A DNA stretch of 64,000 nt from Polyangiales bacterium (GCA_038231275.1 JBBRLQ010000010.1:181993-245992), one strand, 5' to 3'; positions 18,372 through 28,061 are shown, counted from the first letter of the stretch. A program made the numbers and translations. Notes: a model not told the origin generated them from the sequence alone.

Positions 18372-20123
18372 TCAGAACGCGAACTCGACGCCGATGGAGG
18401 TTCGGTACTGCGGGTACGCGAACGGCGCGCCCGTCAAGTGCGGCACGGGCACGGCGATGCCGAGTGCGTCGAAGATGACGTAGACCGCCGAAGAAAGCTT
18501 CCACTCGACACCGAGCGGCACGAGCCCCGCGAAGATGCCCACGCTCCCGCGCGGCGCGCCGTAGAGATCGATGAGGAGCACGGACGTGCCCAGGCTCGCG
18601 GTCGAGCGGAGGTTCACGGCCTCGAAGCGCAGCGGCGTTCGAAAGATCACCGTGCCGTAGCCGTTGAAGGCGCCCGTGCGGAAGGTGCTCGTGTGGACGC
18701 CGTACCAACCGTTCACCTCGCCGTCGAGGCCGATCGTCCAGCGGTCCGAGAGCTTGAAACGCACGCCGAGCTGGGGGCTGAGCGCTGGATCGGTGATGCT
18801 CCCAGAGACGGCGGCGTAGAGGCCGAAGAACGACCTTCGCTCCTTCTCGATCGCGACGATCTCGGACTTTCGCTCGCTCTTCGTCGGGACGCCGACCTTT
18901 TCGTCCGGCTTCGTCGGGTCGGCGATCGTGCCCGGCGCAGGCGTGGTGGGCGCGGTGGATGTCGAATGAGGCGCCGGTTGCGCGTCGGTCGGCGCGTCCG
19001 AGCCGCTCGGCTGCGCGCGCGCGACGCCAGGGAGGGCGAAGAGTCCGAGCGCGGCGACGACCGCGGCCGCGCGACGACGACGCCTGCGCGCGAGAAACAT
19101 CGCGCCGAACGCGAACGAGCCGATCGCGAGCGCCCCGCCCGAGCGCGAGCCGATCGCGGAGCAGCCACAGCCGGCCGCCACCTGGTACTGCCGCTCGGGC
19201 GCGTCGCACCACCCGTTGTCGAACGTGCAACCCGGCTCGTAGCTGACGTATTTCTCGAGCAGCGCGTCGACCGCGGCGACCTTCGCCGCGCGCGTGAGCT
19301 TTGGGTCGAGGGTCGCCTCGAGGAGATCGACGGACGCCTGCGTGGCGGTGTCGATGTTCTGCGTCTGCAGAGAGTCGAGGTTGTTGCACTGGTCCATGCC
19401 GTTGCGATGCACCGGCCCGTCGCGCGACTCGACTTCGTTCTTGTTCACGTACTCGATCCAGTTGAGGACGGTGCGTACCTTCATGCGGTCGGGGCTCCGA
19501 AAGGTGTGGGAAAAGCTGTCCTGGAGCGTGTGCATCGCTTTGCCTATTTCCAGCCAGAAGGTGGGGAGCGACGCGGTGACGGAGCCGCGGAGCTCCAGGC
19601 TGACGTCGACGTTCGAGCGGTGCCCCGGGTCGGGGATGCCGCTCGCGTCGAGCCCGTCGAGCGCGGCAGCCACGCGCTCGCGGATGAAGGCCTTGCAGTC
19701 CTCGAGCGCGCGCGGGCTGCCGGTCGGCTCGTCCTCGTCGATGGCGCGGAGGCAGTGCTCGCGTTGGCCCGCAGGATTCCCGTGGATCTCAGCGAGCTGA
19801 TCGACCTGAGTGGGGCCGCGCCCCTTCAGATCGTTGTCGCGTACGCCGATCGTGAGCGTCGCGCCGGTCAGGTCCTTCATGTCGCCGTCGAGCGAGTAGG
19901 GGACGTCTTTGATGAGCCCGGTGTCGCCGGTGTCCGCGGCGATGGCGGCCGCGGGGATGGGAAGCTTGGTGCGCACCGCGCGCAGCGCAGTCATCGCGAT
20001 GCGCTCGTGGCAACCCACGGAGATGGCGCTCTCGTACGAGTACGCCCCCGCGGGCGACGCTGCCGCGAATACCAGCGCCGTCGTAGCCGCCCCTGCCGTC
20101 AGGATCCGTCGCTTCCGTGTCAT
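18372..20123 (-). CDS. exported multi-module protein: Zn phospholipase C/P1-nuclease-like domain, internal MYXO-CTERM-like segment, second signal peptide, small OM beta-barrel
   Basis: signal AGA/Y; CHERI, GVRDND, REHCLR, GKAMHTLQDSFSH; GCGC-TM-RRRRRR-h region-ARA/Q; alternating beta strands ending IGVEFAF. Confidence 0.75.
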   Translation of the reverse strand: MTRKRRILTAGAATTALVFAAASPAGAYSYESAISVGCHERIAMTALRAVRTKLPIPAAAIAADTGDTGLIKDVPYSLDGDMKDLTGATLTIGVRDNDLKGRGPTQVDQLAEIHGNPAGQREHCLRAIDEDEPTGSPRALEDCKAFIRERVAAALDGLDASGIPDPGHRSNVDVSLELRGSVTASLPTFWLEIGKAMHTLQDSFSHTFRSPDRMKVRTVLNWIEYVNKNEVESRDGPVHRNGMDQCNNLDSLQTQNIDTATQASVDLLEATLDPKLTRAAKVAAVDALLEKYVSYEPGCTFDNGWCDAPERQYQVAAGCGCSAIGSRSGGALAIGSFAFGAMFLARRRRRRAAAVVAALGLFALPGVARAQPSGSDAPTDAQPAPHSTSTAPTTPAPGTIADPTKPDEKVGVPTKSERKSEIVAIEKERRSFFGLYAAVSGSITDPALSPQLGVRFKLSDRWTIGLDGEVNGWYGVHTSTFRTGAFNGYGTVIFRTPLRFEAVNLRSTASLGTSVLLIDLYGAPRGSVGIFAGLVPLGVEWKLSSAVYVIFDALGIAVPVPHLTGAPFAYPQYRTSIGVEFAF

Positions 20124-20140
20124 GCCCGCGCTCACTTTCT

Positions 20141-21424
20141 TCAATCCCCGCTCACGTGATGAGAGACGGCGTAGGCCGGCGCCGCGCCGGGTACGGCGGC
20201 AGGCGCCGTGGTCGCCGCGTGCCCGCGGCAGTGCTCGAGGTACGCCCCCTCGTGAAGAGCCACGAGATCGACGACCGCCGCCCAGAGCCATGCCGGCGCG
20301 GTAGAGCGCGGCGCATGCTCGCGGCGAAATGCCTCGAGCCACTCTGCGCACTGCGCCGACGTCAGCTGTTGCGCGTGCGCGATCGCGATGACCGAGCCGA
20401 GGCACGTGCTGACGTCGTCGACGTCGGCGTCGGCCATCGCGTCGAGCTCGAACTTGATGTCCTGCGGCAAGAGCTCGCGGACGAAGACCGGCTTTTTCAT
20501 CACGGTCGCGGCGATCATGCGCGTGCCGAGGTACGGGGAGAGCGCGCGCGCTCCCGCCACGACGCGCTCTCCGTCGTGCGACGGCAGGGTGGCGCCCCTT
20601 CCGCGCGGCGCGAGCGGCTTCCGTCCCTGCTTCACGTCGACGAGCGCCAACGTGCCGCCCCTTTTTCCCTTGACGTGGCCTCCGACGCGCACGAGCACGG
20701 CGACGCGCCAAAGCCCGAGCGAGCTGCACCCCTTCACCCAGTACGCGGCGTCGACGAACGTGACCGGGTCGTGATTCTTGCGGCTGGTCAAGCTCGTGAC
20801 GAGCTTGCGGAAGCGCGGTTTTTCGACCAGTTTTGCGATCGCCGCGTGCTCCTCGTCGGTGAGCGGCCAGAATTTCTTGCCGATGGGAATGGCGCTCGCG
20901 CCGTCGCCGACGCGCTCGCTCAGGAGGTCCTTGCGCGTGCGGTTGCCTGCTGCGCGGAGGAGGCGCGTCACCTGGACGGGTGGGGGCCTCGTCACGAATT
21001 TGCGCCGAGCCGCCTTGGCCTCGAGGACGGTCTCGTACCCGCGCGCGATTTTCTCGACCGCGCGGAGTGTCGTCGCGCCCGGGAGCCCCGAAGCGCGCAC
21101 CGCCATCGCCATCGAGAGCGCGAGGCGCACGACGTCGTGCGCGGGCGATCCCACCACGGTCTGATCAAAATCCCGGAGCTGGAGCTCGATGGCGCCGTCG
21201 ATGCGCCCCACCGCTCCCATGTTACCGAGGTGAGAGTCGCCGCTGATCCAGATGATCGGCGCCTTCGGCAACGACGCGCCGCGGCTGCTCTCGAGCCACT
21301 CGTAGAACCGCTTGGTCGAGCCGCGGACGTACGCGTGCGCGCTCGACGTCATCTTCGCCTCGCGTCGAGCGTGGAGCAGCGGCGCGCGCTCCTCGGGCGA
21401 AATGGGGACTCGAAAGTTGGTCAT
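20141..21424 (-). CDS. DUF2252 family protein (kinase-like fold)
   Basis: KMTSSAHAYVRGS, WISGDSHLGN, LRDFDQ, VKGCSSLG, RELLPQD. Confidence 0.85.
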   Translation of the reverse strand: MTNFRVPISPEERAPLLHARREAKMTSSAHAYVRGSTKRFYEWLESSRGASLPKAPIIWISGDSHLGNMGAVGRIDGAIELQLRDFDQTVVGSPAHDVVRLALSMAMAVRASGLPGATTLRAVEKIARGYETVLEAKAARRKFVTRPPPVQVTRLLRAAGNRTRKDLLSERVGDGASAIPIGKKFWPLTDEEHAAIAKLVEKPRFRKLVTSLTSRKNHDPVTFVDAAYWVKGCSSLGLWRVAVLVRVGGHVKGKRGGTLALVDVKQGRKPLAPRGRGATLPSHDGERVVAGARALSPYLGTRMIAATVMKKPVFVRELLPQDIKFELDAMADADVDDVSTCLGSVIAIAHAQQLTSAQCAEWLEAFRREHAPRSTAPAWLWAAVVDLVALHEGAYLEHCRGHAATTAPAAVPGAAPAYAVSHHVSGD

Positions 21425-21437
21425 GGCAGGCTAAGTC

Positions 21438-22850
21438 TCACGCCGCCACGGTCGAGGGGCGCGACGAGTGGTTGTCCGCAGCAGGCGGCGTCGAGCGCGG
21501 TCCCGCTTCGGCGCGCGCGCGATGCAGGACCCCGATCCTCCAGATGACGAGGAGCCACCCGACGACGAGCACGAGGTTCACGGCGATGAAGTGCACGGTC
21601 GCGAAGCCGAGCGCAGTGCCGACCATCGTGATCCCGGCCGACAGAAAGTCGCCGCAGCGGACGATGAACGCGTCGATGACGCTCTTCGCCTTGTACTTCT
21701 CGTCGCGCGACGTCGGAAGCCACAGGGCCTGGCGCGCGGTGTTCTGGAGTGAATAATCGAGCGTATTTTCCGAGATTTTTACCGCGAAGATGATCCCGAG
21801 GAGCGGAAAGAAGAGCGCCGTGCCGTACCCCAGGAGCGAAATCGCCGGCGCGACGAACAGCGCGACGCGTACGCCCGCGTACTTGATGATGCGCGACACC
21901 GCGAAGAGCTGGAGCACGACCGTCGCGGCGTTGACGATGAGGAAGTAGTTCGCCTTGAACTCGCCGATGTACTCCTCGCGAAACGTGTGGGCGTCGGCGC
22001 CGGCCGGGAGGATGTCCTTGACGTGCTGGACGAGCGTGCGGTCCAAGATGTACTCGCCGTTCGTGTTCGCACAGTTGAGGAGGAAGGCGAGCCCGGCGAG
22101 CAGCAAGAGGTAGCGATCGGCCAGGAGGAGCGCGAAGCCGCCCTTCTTGCCGAGCGGGGCGTCCGAGTCGGGCGTGGCGTCCTTCGCCTCGGCCCCTGCA
22201 GCCCCTGCGACCGGGCGCGCGTGCGTCTCGCGCGCGTGGACGACGCGGAGCACCAGCATTGACGCGACCAGGAACGCCGCCGCCGCGAGCATGAGCCCGT
22301 AGATGCCGATCGGGTGGATCAGCCTACGCGAGAGCAGGGCGCCGAAGACCGCCCCGACCGTGCTCCCGATGCCGAGGATGGCGAAGAGCCGCTTCCCCTG
22401 CGCGTCCGTGTACACGTCGGCCGCGAAGCTCCAGAACTGCGCGACGATCATCACGTTGAAGACGCCGACCCACAAGAAGAACGGAATCCCGATCTTCACG
22501 TGCGCCGCGTGCAGGCCGAAGAAGACGAACAGGTTCGACGCGAAGACGAGGGTGACGGCGGTGATGAGCCGCATGCGGCCCATGCGCTGCGCGACCTTGC
22601 CGTAGAGGAACGTGACGGGGATGAGCAGCAGGGCTTGCCCCGCCGACGAGTAGCTCTTTAGCTCCGCGCCGCTCTCCAAGATGAGCGGCTCGCGTGCCGT
22701 CTTGAGCAAGTAGTACGACGTCAGCAAGAGGAAGACGCTGACGGTCATCAGCAGCGCGGAGACGCCCTCGCCGGGCTGCGTATCTGCGAAGAGGCTGAGC
22801 ACGCGCTCGAGGGGGCTCTTCTTCTTCGCGGGTTCTTGGTCGCTCGGCAT
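21438..22850 (-). CDS. Npt1/TLC-family (ATP/ADP translocase-like) nucleotide transporter
   Basis: YYLLKTARE, QFWSFAADVY...QGKRLF, DYSLQNTARQALWLP...KYKAK..ID; about 12 TM segments. Confidence 0.85.
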   Translation of the reverse strand: MPSDQEPAKKKSPLERVLSLFADTQPGEGVSALLMTVSVFLLLTSYYLLKTAREPLILESGAELKSYSSAGQALLLIPVTFLYGKVAQRMGRMRLITAVTLVFASNLFVFFGLHAAHVKIGIPFFLWVGVFNVMIVAQFWSFAADVYTDAQGKRLFAILGIGSTVGAVFGALLSRRLIHPIGIYGLMLAAAAFLVASMLVLRVVHARETHARPVAGAAGAEAKDATPDSDAPLGKKGGFALLLADRYLLLLAGLAFLLNCANTNGEYILDRTLVQHVKDILPAGADAHTFREEYIGEFKANYFLIVNAATVVLQLFAVSRIIKYAGVRVALFVAPAISLLGYGTALFFPLLGIIFAVKISENTLDYSLQNTARQALWLPTSRDEKYKAKSVIDAFIVRCGDFLSAGITMVGTALGFATVHFIAVNLVLVVGWLLVIWRIGVLHRARAEAGPRSTPPAADNHSSRPSTVAA

Positions 22851-22865
22851 CTCGCGCGAGTCAAA

Positions 22866-22879
22866 GCAGCTTCCGCGCC
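22866..22879 (-). promoter_or_regulatory. sigma-54 -24/-12 box
   Basis: TGGCGCGGAAGCTGCT. Confidence 0.65.
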
Positions 22880-22904
22880 ACGGTCCCGCCGTCGGCCGAT
22901 TCCC

Positions 22905-22918
22905 GGCACGTGCCGTGC
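22905..22918 (+). promoter_or_regulatory. sigma-54 -24/-12 box
   Basis: CGGCACGTGCCGTGCT. Confidence 0.6.
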
Positions 22919-23037
22919 TGAAGGGCGATGCACGCGCCCGGTGGGGTGCGTTTGACGGGCTCCCGCCGGCATCGGCGCCACACACGCACACGAAACCCAC
23001 ACGCCAAATGCCCTTATTTTCCCTCCCGACTCGCCAC

Positions 23038-24468
23038 ATGCGCAAAATTTGTCGATCTGTGGCGGTCCTGTGCGCGCTGCTCGCGCCCGCCGCGGCACGC
23101 GCGGAGGACGAAGAACCGCACGAGGACGTCGAAGAAGAGTCGCCCCCGACAGAGCCTCTAGATAAGGATGCGAAGGATGCGCCGCCTGTCGCGACGATCA
23201 CCGCGAAGCGGCCCGTGCCCGACTACGACGGCAGGGGTGACGAACCGACGACGACGGGTGACGTGCTCTTGTGGGTGCCGCGCATCCTGGTGCTGCCCAT
23301 CTACCTGGCGACCGAGTACCTGATCCGACGGCCCTTCGGCGCCATCCTCACCGCGATCGAGGCGAATCGCATCGTCCAGCGCACCCTCTTTTTCATCACG
23401 TTCGGCGGCAACAAGAACATCGGCCTCGTCCCGACCTTCTTCGTCGACTTCGGCGTCCTGCCCAGCGTCGGCGGGTACTTCTTTTGGGACGACGCGCTCT
23501 TCAAGCACAACCACGTGCGCGTGCACGCAGGGACGTGGGGGCCCGACTGGCTCAGCCTCTCGGTCGCCGATCGCATCGACGTCGGCGACCGCTCGACGAT
23601 GTCCCTCCGCGGCTCGTGGTCCAAGCGCGCCGACTACCCGTTCTTCGGACTCGGGCCGGACTCCAAGCAGGAGAACGAGTCGCGGTACCGGGCGACGATG
23701 CTCGACGTCGGGCCGGCGTACGATCTGCGCGTCACGCCGCACGTGAGCTTCGCCGCGGCGGTCGGAGTTCGCGACACGTCGTTCGCCGAGGGGAGTTGCT
23801 GCGGCGACCCCACGGTTCAAGAGCGGGTGCGCGCGGGACAACTCACGCTGCCGCCGCGCTTCCTCGACGGCTACACGCTCGGCTACCAGAGCGCCTCCGT
23901 CGCGTTCGACACGCGCAACCCGCGGCCCGCGTCGCAGAGCGGTGTGCGCGTCGTGCTCGACGGTCAGCCCGCGTTCGACTTCTCACGAAAGCCTGGAAAT
24001 TCATGGGTTCGGTACGGCGCGACGGCCGGCGGATTCTGGGACGTGACCGGGAAGGCGCGCGTCTTGAGCCTCACCTTCGCAAGCATGTTCGTCGATCCGC
24101 TCTCGGGCTCGGGGAGCGACATCCCGTTCAACGAGCAGGTGTCCCTCGGCGGCACCAACTTCATGCGCGGCTTCCTGCCGGGACGCATGATCGATCGCAG
24201 CGCCGCCGTCGCGACCGTCGCCTACCAGTGGCCCATCTGGGTCTTCCTCGACGGGACGATGCACGTGGCCACCGGCAACGTCTTCGGCGCCGGCCTCCAG
24301 GGCTTGGAGCCCGGCAAGCTGCGGCTCTCGTCCGGCATCGGGCTTCGCACCAACTCGTCGCCGGATCATCAGTTCGAGATCTTGGCGGGCTTCGGAACCG
24401 ACACGTTCGACAACGGCGCGAAGGTCAACTCCTTCCGCCTCGCCTTCGGAGCAACCCGTGGATTCTAA
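23038..24468 (+). CDS. Omp85 (BamA/TamA-like) beta-barrel protein with no recognisable POTRA domains
   Basis: signal ARA/E; LGGTNFMRGF (loop-6 VRGF-like), SSGIGLR, ends F. Confidence 0.8.
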   Translation: MRKICRSVAVLCALLAPAAARAEDEEPHEDVEEESPPTEPLDKDAKDAPPVATITAKRPVPDYDGRGDEPTTTGDVLLWVPRILVLPIYLATEYLIRRPFGAILTAIEANRIVQRTLFFITFGGNKNIGLVPTFFVDFGVLPSVGGYFFWDDALFKHNHVRVHAGTWGPDWLSLSVADRIDVGDRSTMSLRGSWSKRADYPFFGLGPDSKQENESRYRATMLDVGPAYDLRVTPHVSFAAAVGVRDTSFAEGSCCGDPTVQERVRAGQLTLPPRFLDGYTLGYQSASVAFDTRNPRPASQSGVRVVLDGQPAFDFSRKPGNSWVRYGATAGGFWDVTGKARVLSLTFASMFVDPLSGSGSDIPFNEQVSLGGTNFMRGFLPGRMIDRSAAVATVAYQWPIWVFLDGTMHVATGNVFGAGLQGLEPGKLRLSSGIGLRTNSSPDHQFEILAGFGTDTFDNGAKVNSFRLAFGATRGF

Positions 24469-26212
24469 GACGCTCCTCTCACAGACGGCCCTCCTCGCGG
24501 CGGCGTACGTGCTCGTCGGCTGCTCCTCCGGGAGCGTTCGGCGATATCCGCTCCGCGATGTTCTCTCGGTCGACGACGACACCCGCCCGTACGCGGTCGA
24601 TTGCCGCATGGTCCAGAAGGACAAGAAGAAAAAGCCGCACCCGGTGTGCACGCCGGAGGAGTACGAGTCGCCGTTCGTTTGGGACGGCATCAACAACATG
24701 ACCCTCCGGCCGATTGCCCGCTTCTTCGCGGTCGACCCCGGCGGCGAGTCGGTGAACGTGAACGCCGTCGACGAGGTCCCCGACTCGAGCTGGTTCACGA
24801 ATCGAATCGGCGTGCACCCGATGACCCCTCACGAGGTCGGAGAGGGGGCGTGCGACGAAAAGCGCCTCGACGTCGACGGCCCCGACGGGTCATGGGTCAT
24901 CGATCAAGGCAAGGAGAACGGCGCAAATCCGGGCTTTCGCGTGAACGTTCCGGGGGTCGGCAAATTCCTCCTCAAGGCCGACGAGACCGATCACCCCGAG
25001 CGCGCGACCGGCGCCACCGCGATCGCGACGCGCTTCTACAATGCGGCCGGGTACTGGACCGGCTGCGACACGGTGCTCTACGTGCGCCGCTCGATCCTGG
25101 CGCTGACGCCGGGGCTCAAGTACAGCGACAACACCGGCGTCTCGCGCAAGTTCGGCACCAAGCAGCTCGAGAAGGTGCTCTCGGGCGCCGCGCGGCACGG
25201 CGAGCTCTATCGGCTCGTCGCCTCGAAGTGGCTGCCGGGCGCGACGCTCGGGCCGTTCCGCTACGAGGGCACGCTCAAGGAGGATCCGAACGACGTCGTG
25301 GCCCACGAGGACCGTCGCGAGCTCCGCGGGCAGCGACTCCTCGCGGCGTGGCTCAACCACTTCGACTCGCGCGAGCAGAACTCGATGAACACGTGGGTCG
25401 CGGTGAACGCGAAGAAGCCGGACTCCTCGCCCGGCTACATCCGCCACTGGATCATCGATCTCAACGATTGCTTCGGCAGCGAGTGGGCGTGGGATGGGCT
25501 GTCGAAGCGCATCAACTTCTCCTACTACTTCGACGGCGGCGACATCCTCCAGGACTTCGTGACGCTCGGCATCCCCGAACGGCCGTGGGACAAGATCCAG
25601 CGCAGCGAAGAGGGGGACATCTTCGGGTACTTCGAGGCGGAGCAGTTCGAGGCGGAAGGCTGGAAGCCCGGCTACCAAAACCCCGCTTTTTCTCGGATGT
25701 CCGAGCGCGACGGGGCGTGGATGGCGCGCATCCTCGCGCGCTTCTCGCCGGCTCACGTCGAGGCCGCGGTCGGCGTCGGAAAGTACACGCAGCCCAAGCA
25801 TCGCGACTACCTCGTGCGGACGCTGCTGGCGCGGCAGCACAAGATCCTCGTCCGCTATTTCTCCAAGGTTTCGCCGCTCGCCGACCTCGCGGTGAAGGGG
25901 GCGGAGCTGTGCGCGACGGATCTCGCACGCGCGACGGAGACGTTTCCGGCCTCGGCGTTCCGCTACACGGCGACGTGGCGCTGGGGAGAGTCGCTCGAGC
26001 ACATCGCGAGCATGGGAGTGCGGGCGGAGGAAGGCGGGCGGGTGTGCGTGCAGCTTCCCCGTCTCGGAGCCGACGGCGTCGCGGCCGACGACGCGGGAAG
26101 CCGCTACGTGGAGGTCGAGCTGCGCAACGGTCAATCGGAGCGCCCGATCCGCGCGTACCTCTACGATCTCGGACCGACGCGCGGCCATCGCCTCGTGGGG
26201 GTCGAGCGATGA
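24458..26212 (+). CDS. lipoprotein with atypical (HipA/PI4K/CotH-like) kinase fold
   Basis: lipobox LVGC; GKENGANPGF, FLLKAD, WLNHFDSREQN, IIDLNDCFG; overlaps both neighbours. Confidence 0.7.
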   Translation: MDSKTLLSQTALLAAAYVLVGCSSGSVRRYPLRDVLSVDDDTRPYAVDCRMVQKDKKKKPHPVCTPEEYESPFVWDGINNMTLRPIARFFAVDPGGESVNVNAVDEVPDSSWFTNRIGVHPMTPHEVGEGACDEKRLDVDGPDGSWVIDQGKENGANPGFRVNVPGVGKFLLKADETDHPERATGATAIATRFYNAAGYWTGCDTVLYVRRSILALTPGLKYSDNTGVSRKFGTKQLEKVLSGAARHGELYRLVASKWLPGATLGPFRYEGTLKEDPNDVVAHEDRRELRGQRLLAAWLNHFDSREQNSMNTWVAVNAKKPDSSPGYIRHWIIDLNDCFGSEWAWDGLSKRINFSYYFDGGDILQDFVTLGIPERPWDKIQRSEEGDIFGYFEAEQFEAEGWKPGYQNPAFSRMSERDGAWMARILARFSPAHVEAAVGVGKYTQPKHRDYLVRTLLARQHKILVRYFSKVSPLADLAVKGAELCATDLARATETFPASAFRYTATWRWGESLEHIASMGVRAEEGGRVCVQLPRLGADGVAADDAGSRYVEVELRNGQSERPIRAYLYDLGPTRGHRLVGVER

Positions 26213-27123
26213 GGGCCTCGGTCGTCCTCTCCGGCCTCGTCGCCTTCGCCGCGCTCGGCACCTCGCCGTCGCCCGCGCGCGCCGATCAGCAGAAGGAGGT
26301 GAAGTGGAGCGACGACTGGCCACGCGTCCACATCCTCGAGGTCGCCGACATCGCCGCGCTGACCGTCGGCTCGATCCTCATCAACGGCACGCCGACCTCC
26401 GACCACGCGAAGTGGAGCAAGCCCATCCTCTTCGACAACGCCGCTCGCAATTTCTTCAAGTCGAACAACGCGCACACGCAGGAGCTCGCGGGAAACTGGA
26501 GCGACGACCTCTACCACGGCATGGTGATCGCTCCGTACCTCATCGACAACTACATCGTCGCGCTCGGCGTGCACCAGAACGCCGACGTCGCGCTGCAGAT
26601 GACGCTCATCGACCTCCAGTCGCTCGGCCTGAGCGGCGTGATGAGCCTCGGCGCCGAGCACGCCGTCGGTCGCGCGCGCCCGTACGTCCAGGACTGCGCG
26701 ACCCCGACGTCGGCGGACAAGGTCGGCTTCAATCACTGCGGCACCCCCGGCGACTTCGAGAGCTTCTACAGTGGCCACGCCGCCGCCACGTTCACGATGG
26801 CGGGGCTCACGTGCGCGCACCACCAGCACTTGCCGCTCTGGGGCGGCGGGTTCGCCGACGCGATCGCGTGCTTCGGCATGGTCGGGCTCGCCGCGACCAC
26901 GAGCGTGCTGCGAATGATGGTCGATCGTCACTGGGCATCCGACGTCATCACGGGCGTCAGCGTCGGCATCCTCAACGGGTACGTCCTCCCGACGTGGCTC
27001 CACTATGGGTTCGGCAGTTCGAAACCGGTCCCGACCGTCATGAAGACCTCGTTCGGGTACGTCGCGCCGATCCCGCAGGTGTACCCGGGCGGCGGTGGGC
27101 TCGGCGTCGCCGGCTCCTTCTGA
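26209..27123 (+). CDS. exported PAP2-family phosphatase
   Basis: signal ARA/D; GRARP, SFYSGH, RMMVDRHWASD; ATGA overlap. Confidence 0.87.
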   Translation: MRASVVLSGLVAFAALGTSPSPARADQQKEVKWSDDWPRVHILEVADIAALTVGSILINGTPTSDHAKWSKPILFDNAARNFFKSNNAHTQELAGNWSDDLYHGMVIAPYLIDNYIVALGVHQNADVALQMTLIDLQSLGLSGVMSLGAEHAVGRARPYVQDCATPTSADKVGFNHCGTPGDFESFYSGHAAATFTMAGLTCAHHQHLPLWGGGFADAIACFGMVGLAATTSVLRMMVDRHWASDVITGVSVGILNGYVLPTWLHYGFGSSKPVPTVMKTSFGYVAPIPQVYPGGGGLGVAGSF

Positions 27124-27141
27124 CGCACGCGCGAGCACGCG

Positions 27142-27183
27142 AAAAAAAAAGCCCGCGCGCGGTCAGGGGGGCCGCGCGCGGGC
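27142..27183 (-). terminator. intrinsic terminator of the BON gene
   Basis: 12-bp stem GCCCGCGCGCGG/CCGCGCGCGGGC flanked by A9 (U9 on the minus strand). Confidence 0.85.
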
Positions 27184-27207
27184 GTAGAGCGGGATGGAAT
27201 TCGGCTT

Positions 27208-27867
27208 CTACTTCGCGATCTCGAGCTGATCGTCGACCTCGGTGACGCCGCCCATCTGCTTCGCGTAGGTCTCGATGATCATCTTCTCCTGCTCGCTCTT
27301 CACGGGGCCGCGCAGGGTCACCTTGGAGCCGACGGTGATGATCTTCACGTTCTTCGCGCCGAACGAAAGCGCCTTGTCGGAGACGACGCGCTTGCGGATC
27401 TCCGCGGTGATCTTGCGCTCGCCCTCGCTCTTGCCCTGATCCATCGGGGTCAGGCTCGCGTCGTGGCGGTCGCGCTGGTTCACGCGGGTGTTGTCGGCGC
27501 CCTTGGTGCCGTCGGTCGGACCAGGATTGTTGGTGACGCCAGGCGCGGCCGGCGGCGTCGCGCCAGGCGGCGGGTTCGCGGGCGCCGTCGTGTCGTTCAT
27601 CGCCGGCTTGCTGCCGGTCGTCGCACGGATCCGCGTGCCGGACGTGTCGGTGCTCGGGTAAACCGTCGAGCTCGTCGACGGGTCGTTCATCGGCGTGGAC
27701 GACGTCATGGGCGTGGTCGACGCGGGGCTCGGCGTCACCGGGACCTCGTTCGCCCGCGCCGACGTCGTCTGTGCCTCGTACGAGCTTTGTGCAGGCTTGT
27801 CGGAGCTACCGCATGCGACGGCGGCGAGGCTAGACGCACAGAACATCAGGGCGAGTCGCTTGTTCAT
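27208..27867 (-). CDS. BON-domain lipoprotein (OsmY-like)
   Basis: lipobox AVAC; low-complexity linker; NVKIIT..KVTLRGPV..V..VDDQLEI. Confidence 0.9.
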   Translation of the reverse strand: MNKRLALMFCASSLAAVACGSSDKPAQSSYEAQTTSARANEVPVTPSPASTTPMTSSTPMNDPSTSSTVYPSTDTSGTRIRATTGSKPAMNDTTAPANPPPGATPPAAPGVTNNPGPTDGTKGADNTRVNQRDRHDASLTPMDQGKSEGERKITAEIRKRVVSDKALSFGAKNVKIITVGSKVTLRGPVKSEQEKMIIETYAKQMGGVTEVDDQLEIAK

Positions 27868-27911
27868 GAAATCCTCCGAGGATCAGGGTTCGGTTCTATG
27901 GCCCGGCACGA

Positions 27912-27925
27912 GCAACATGCGCGCC
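27912..27925 (-). promoter_or_regulatory. sigma-54 -24/-12 box
   Basis: TGGCGCGCATGTTGCT. Confidence 0.7.
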
Positions 27926-28061
27926 ATCCCGGTGACCCGTGCGCGCGCGGCGAACGACACTCGCGCTCTCTCTCGCCGAGCGGCCATTTGCGCCACAGAT
28001 GGCGCAATGTTCCACGCAAGGCGTGGTGGAGGCAGACGCTTCTTTTTCGAACGGCAGGCTG

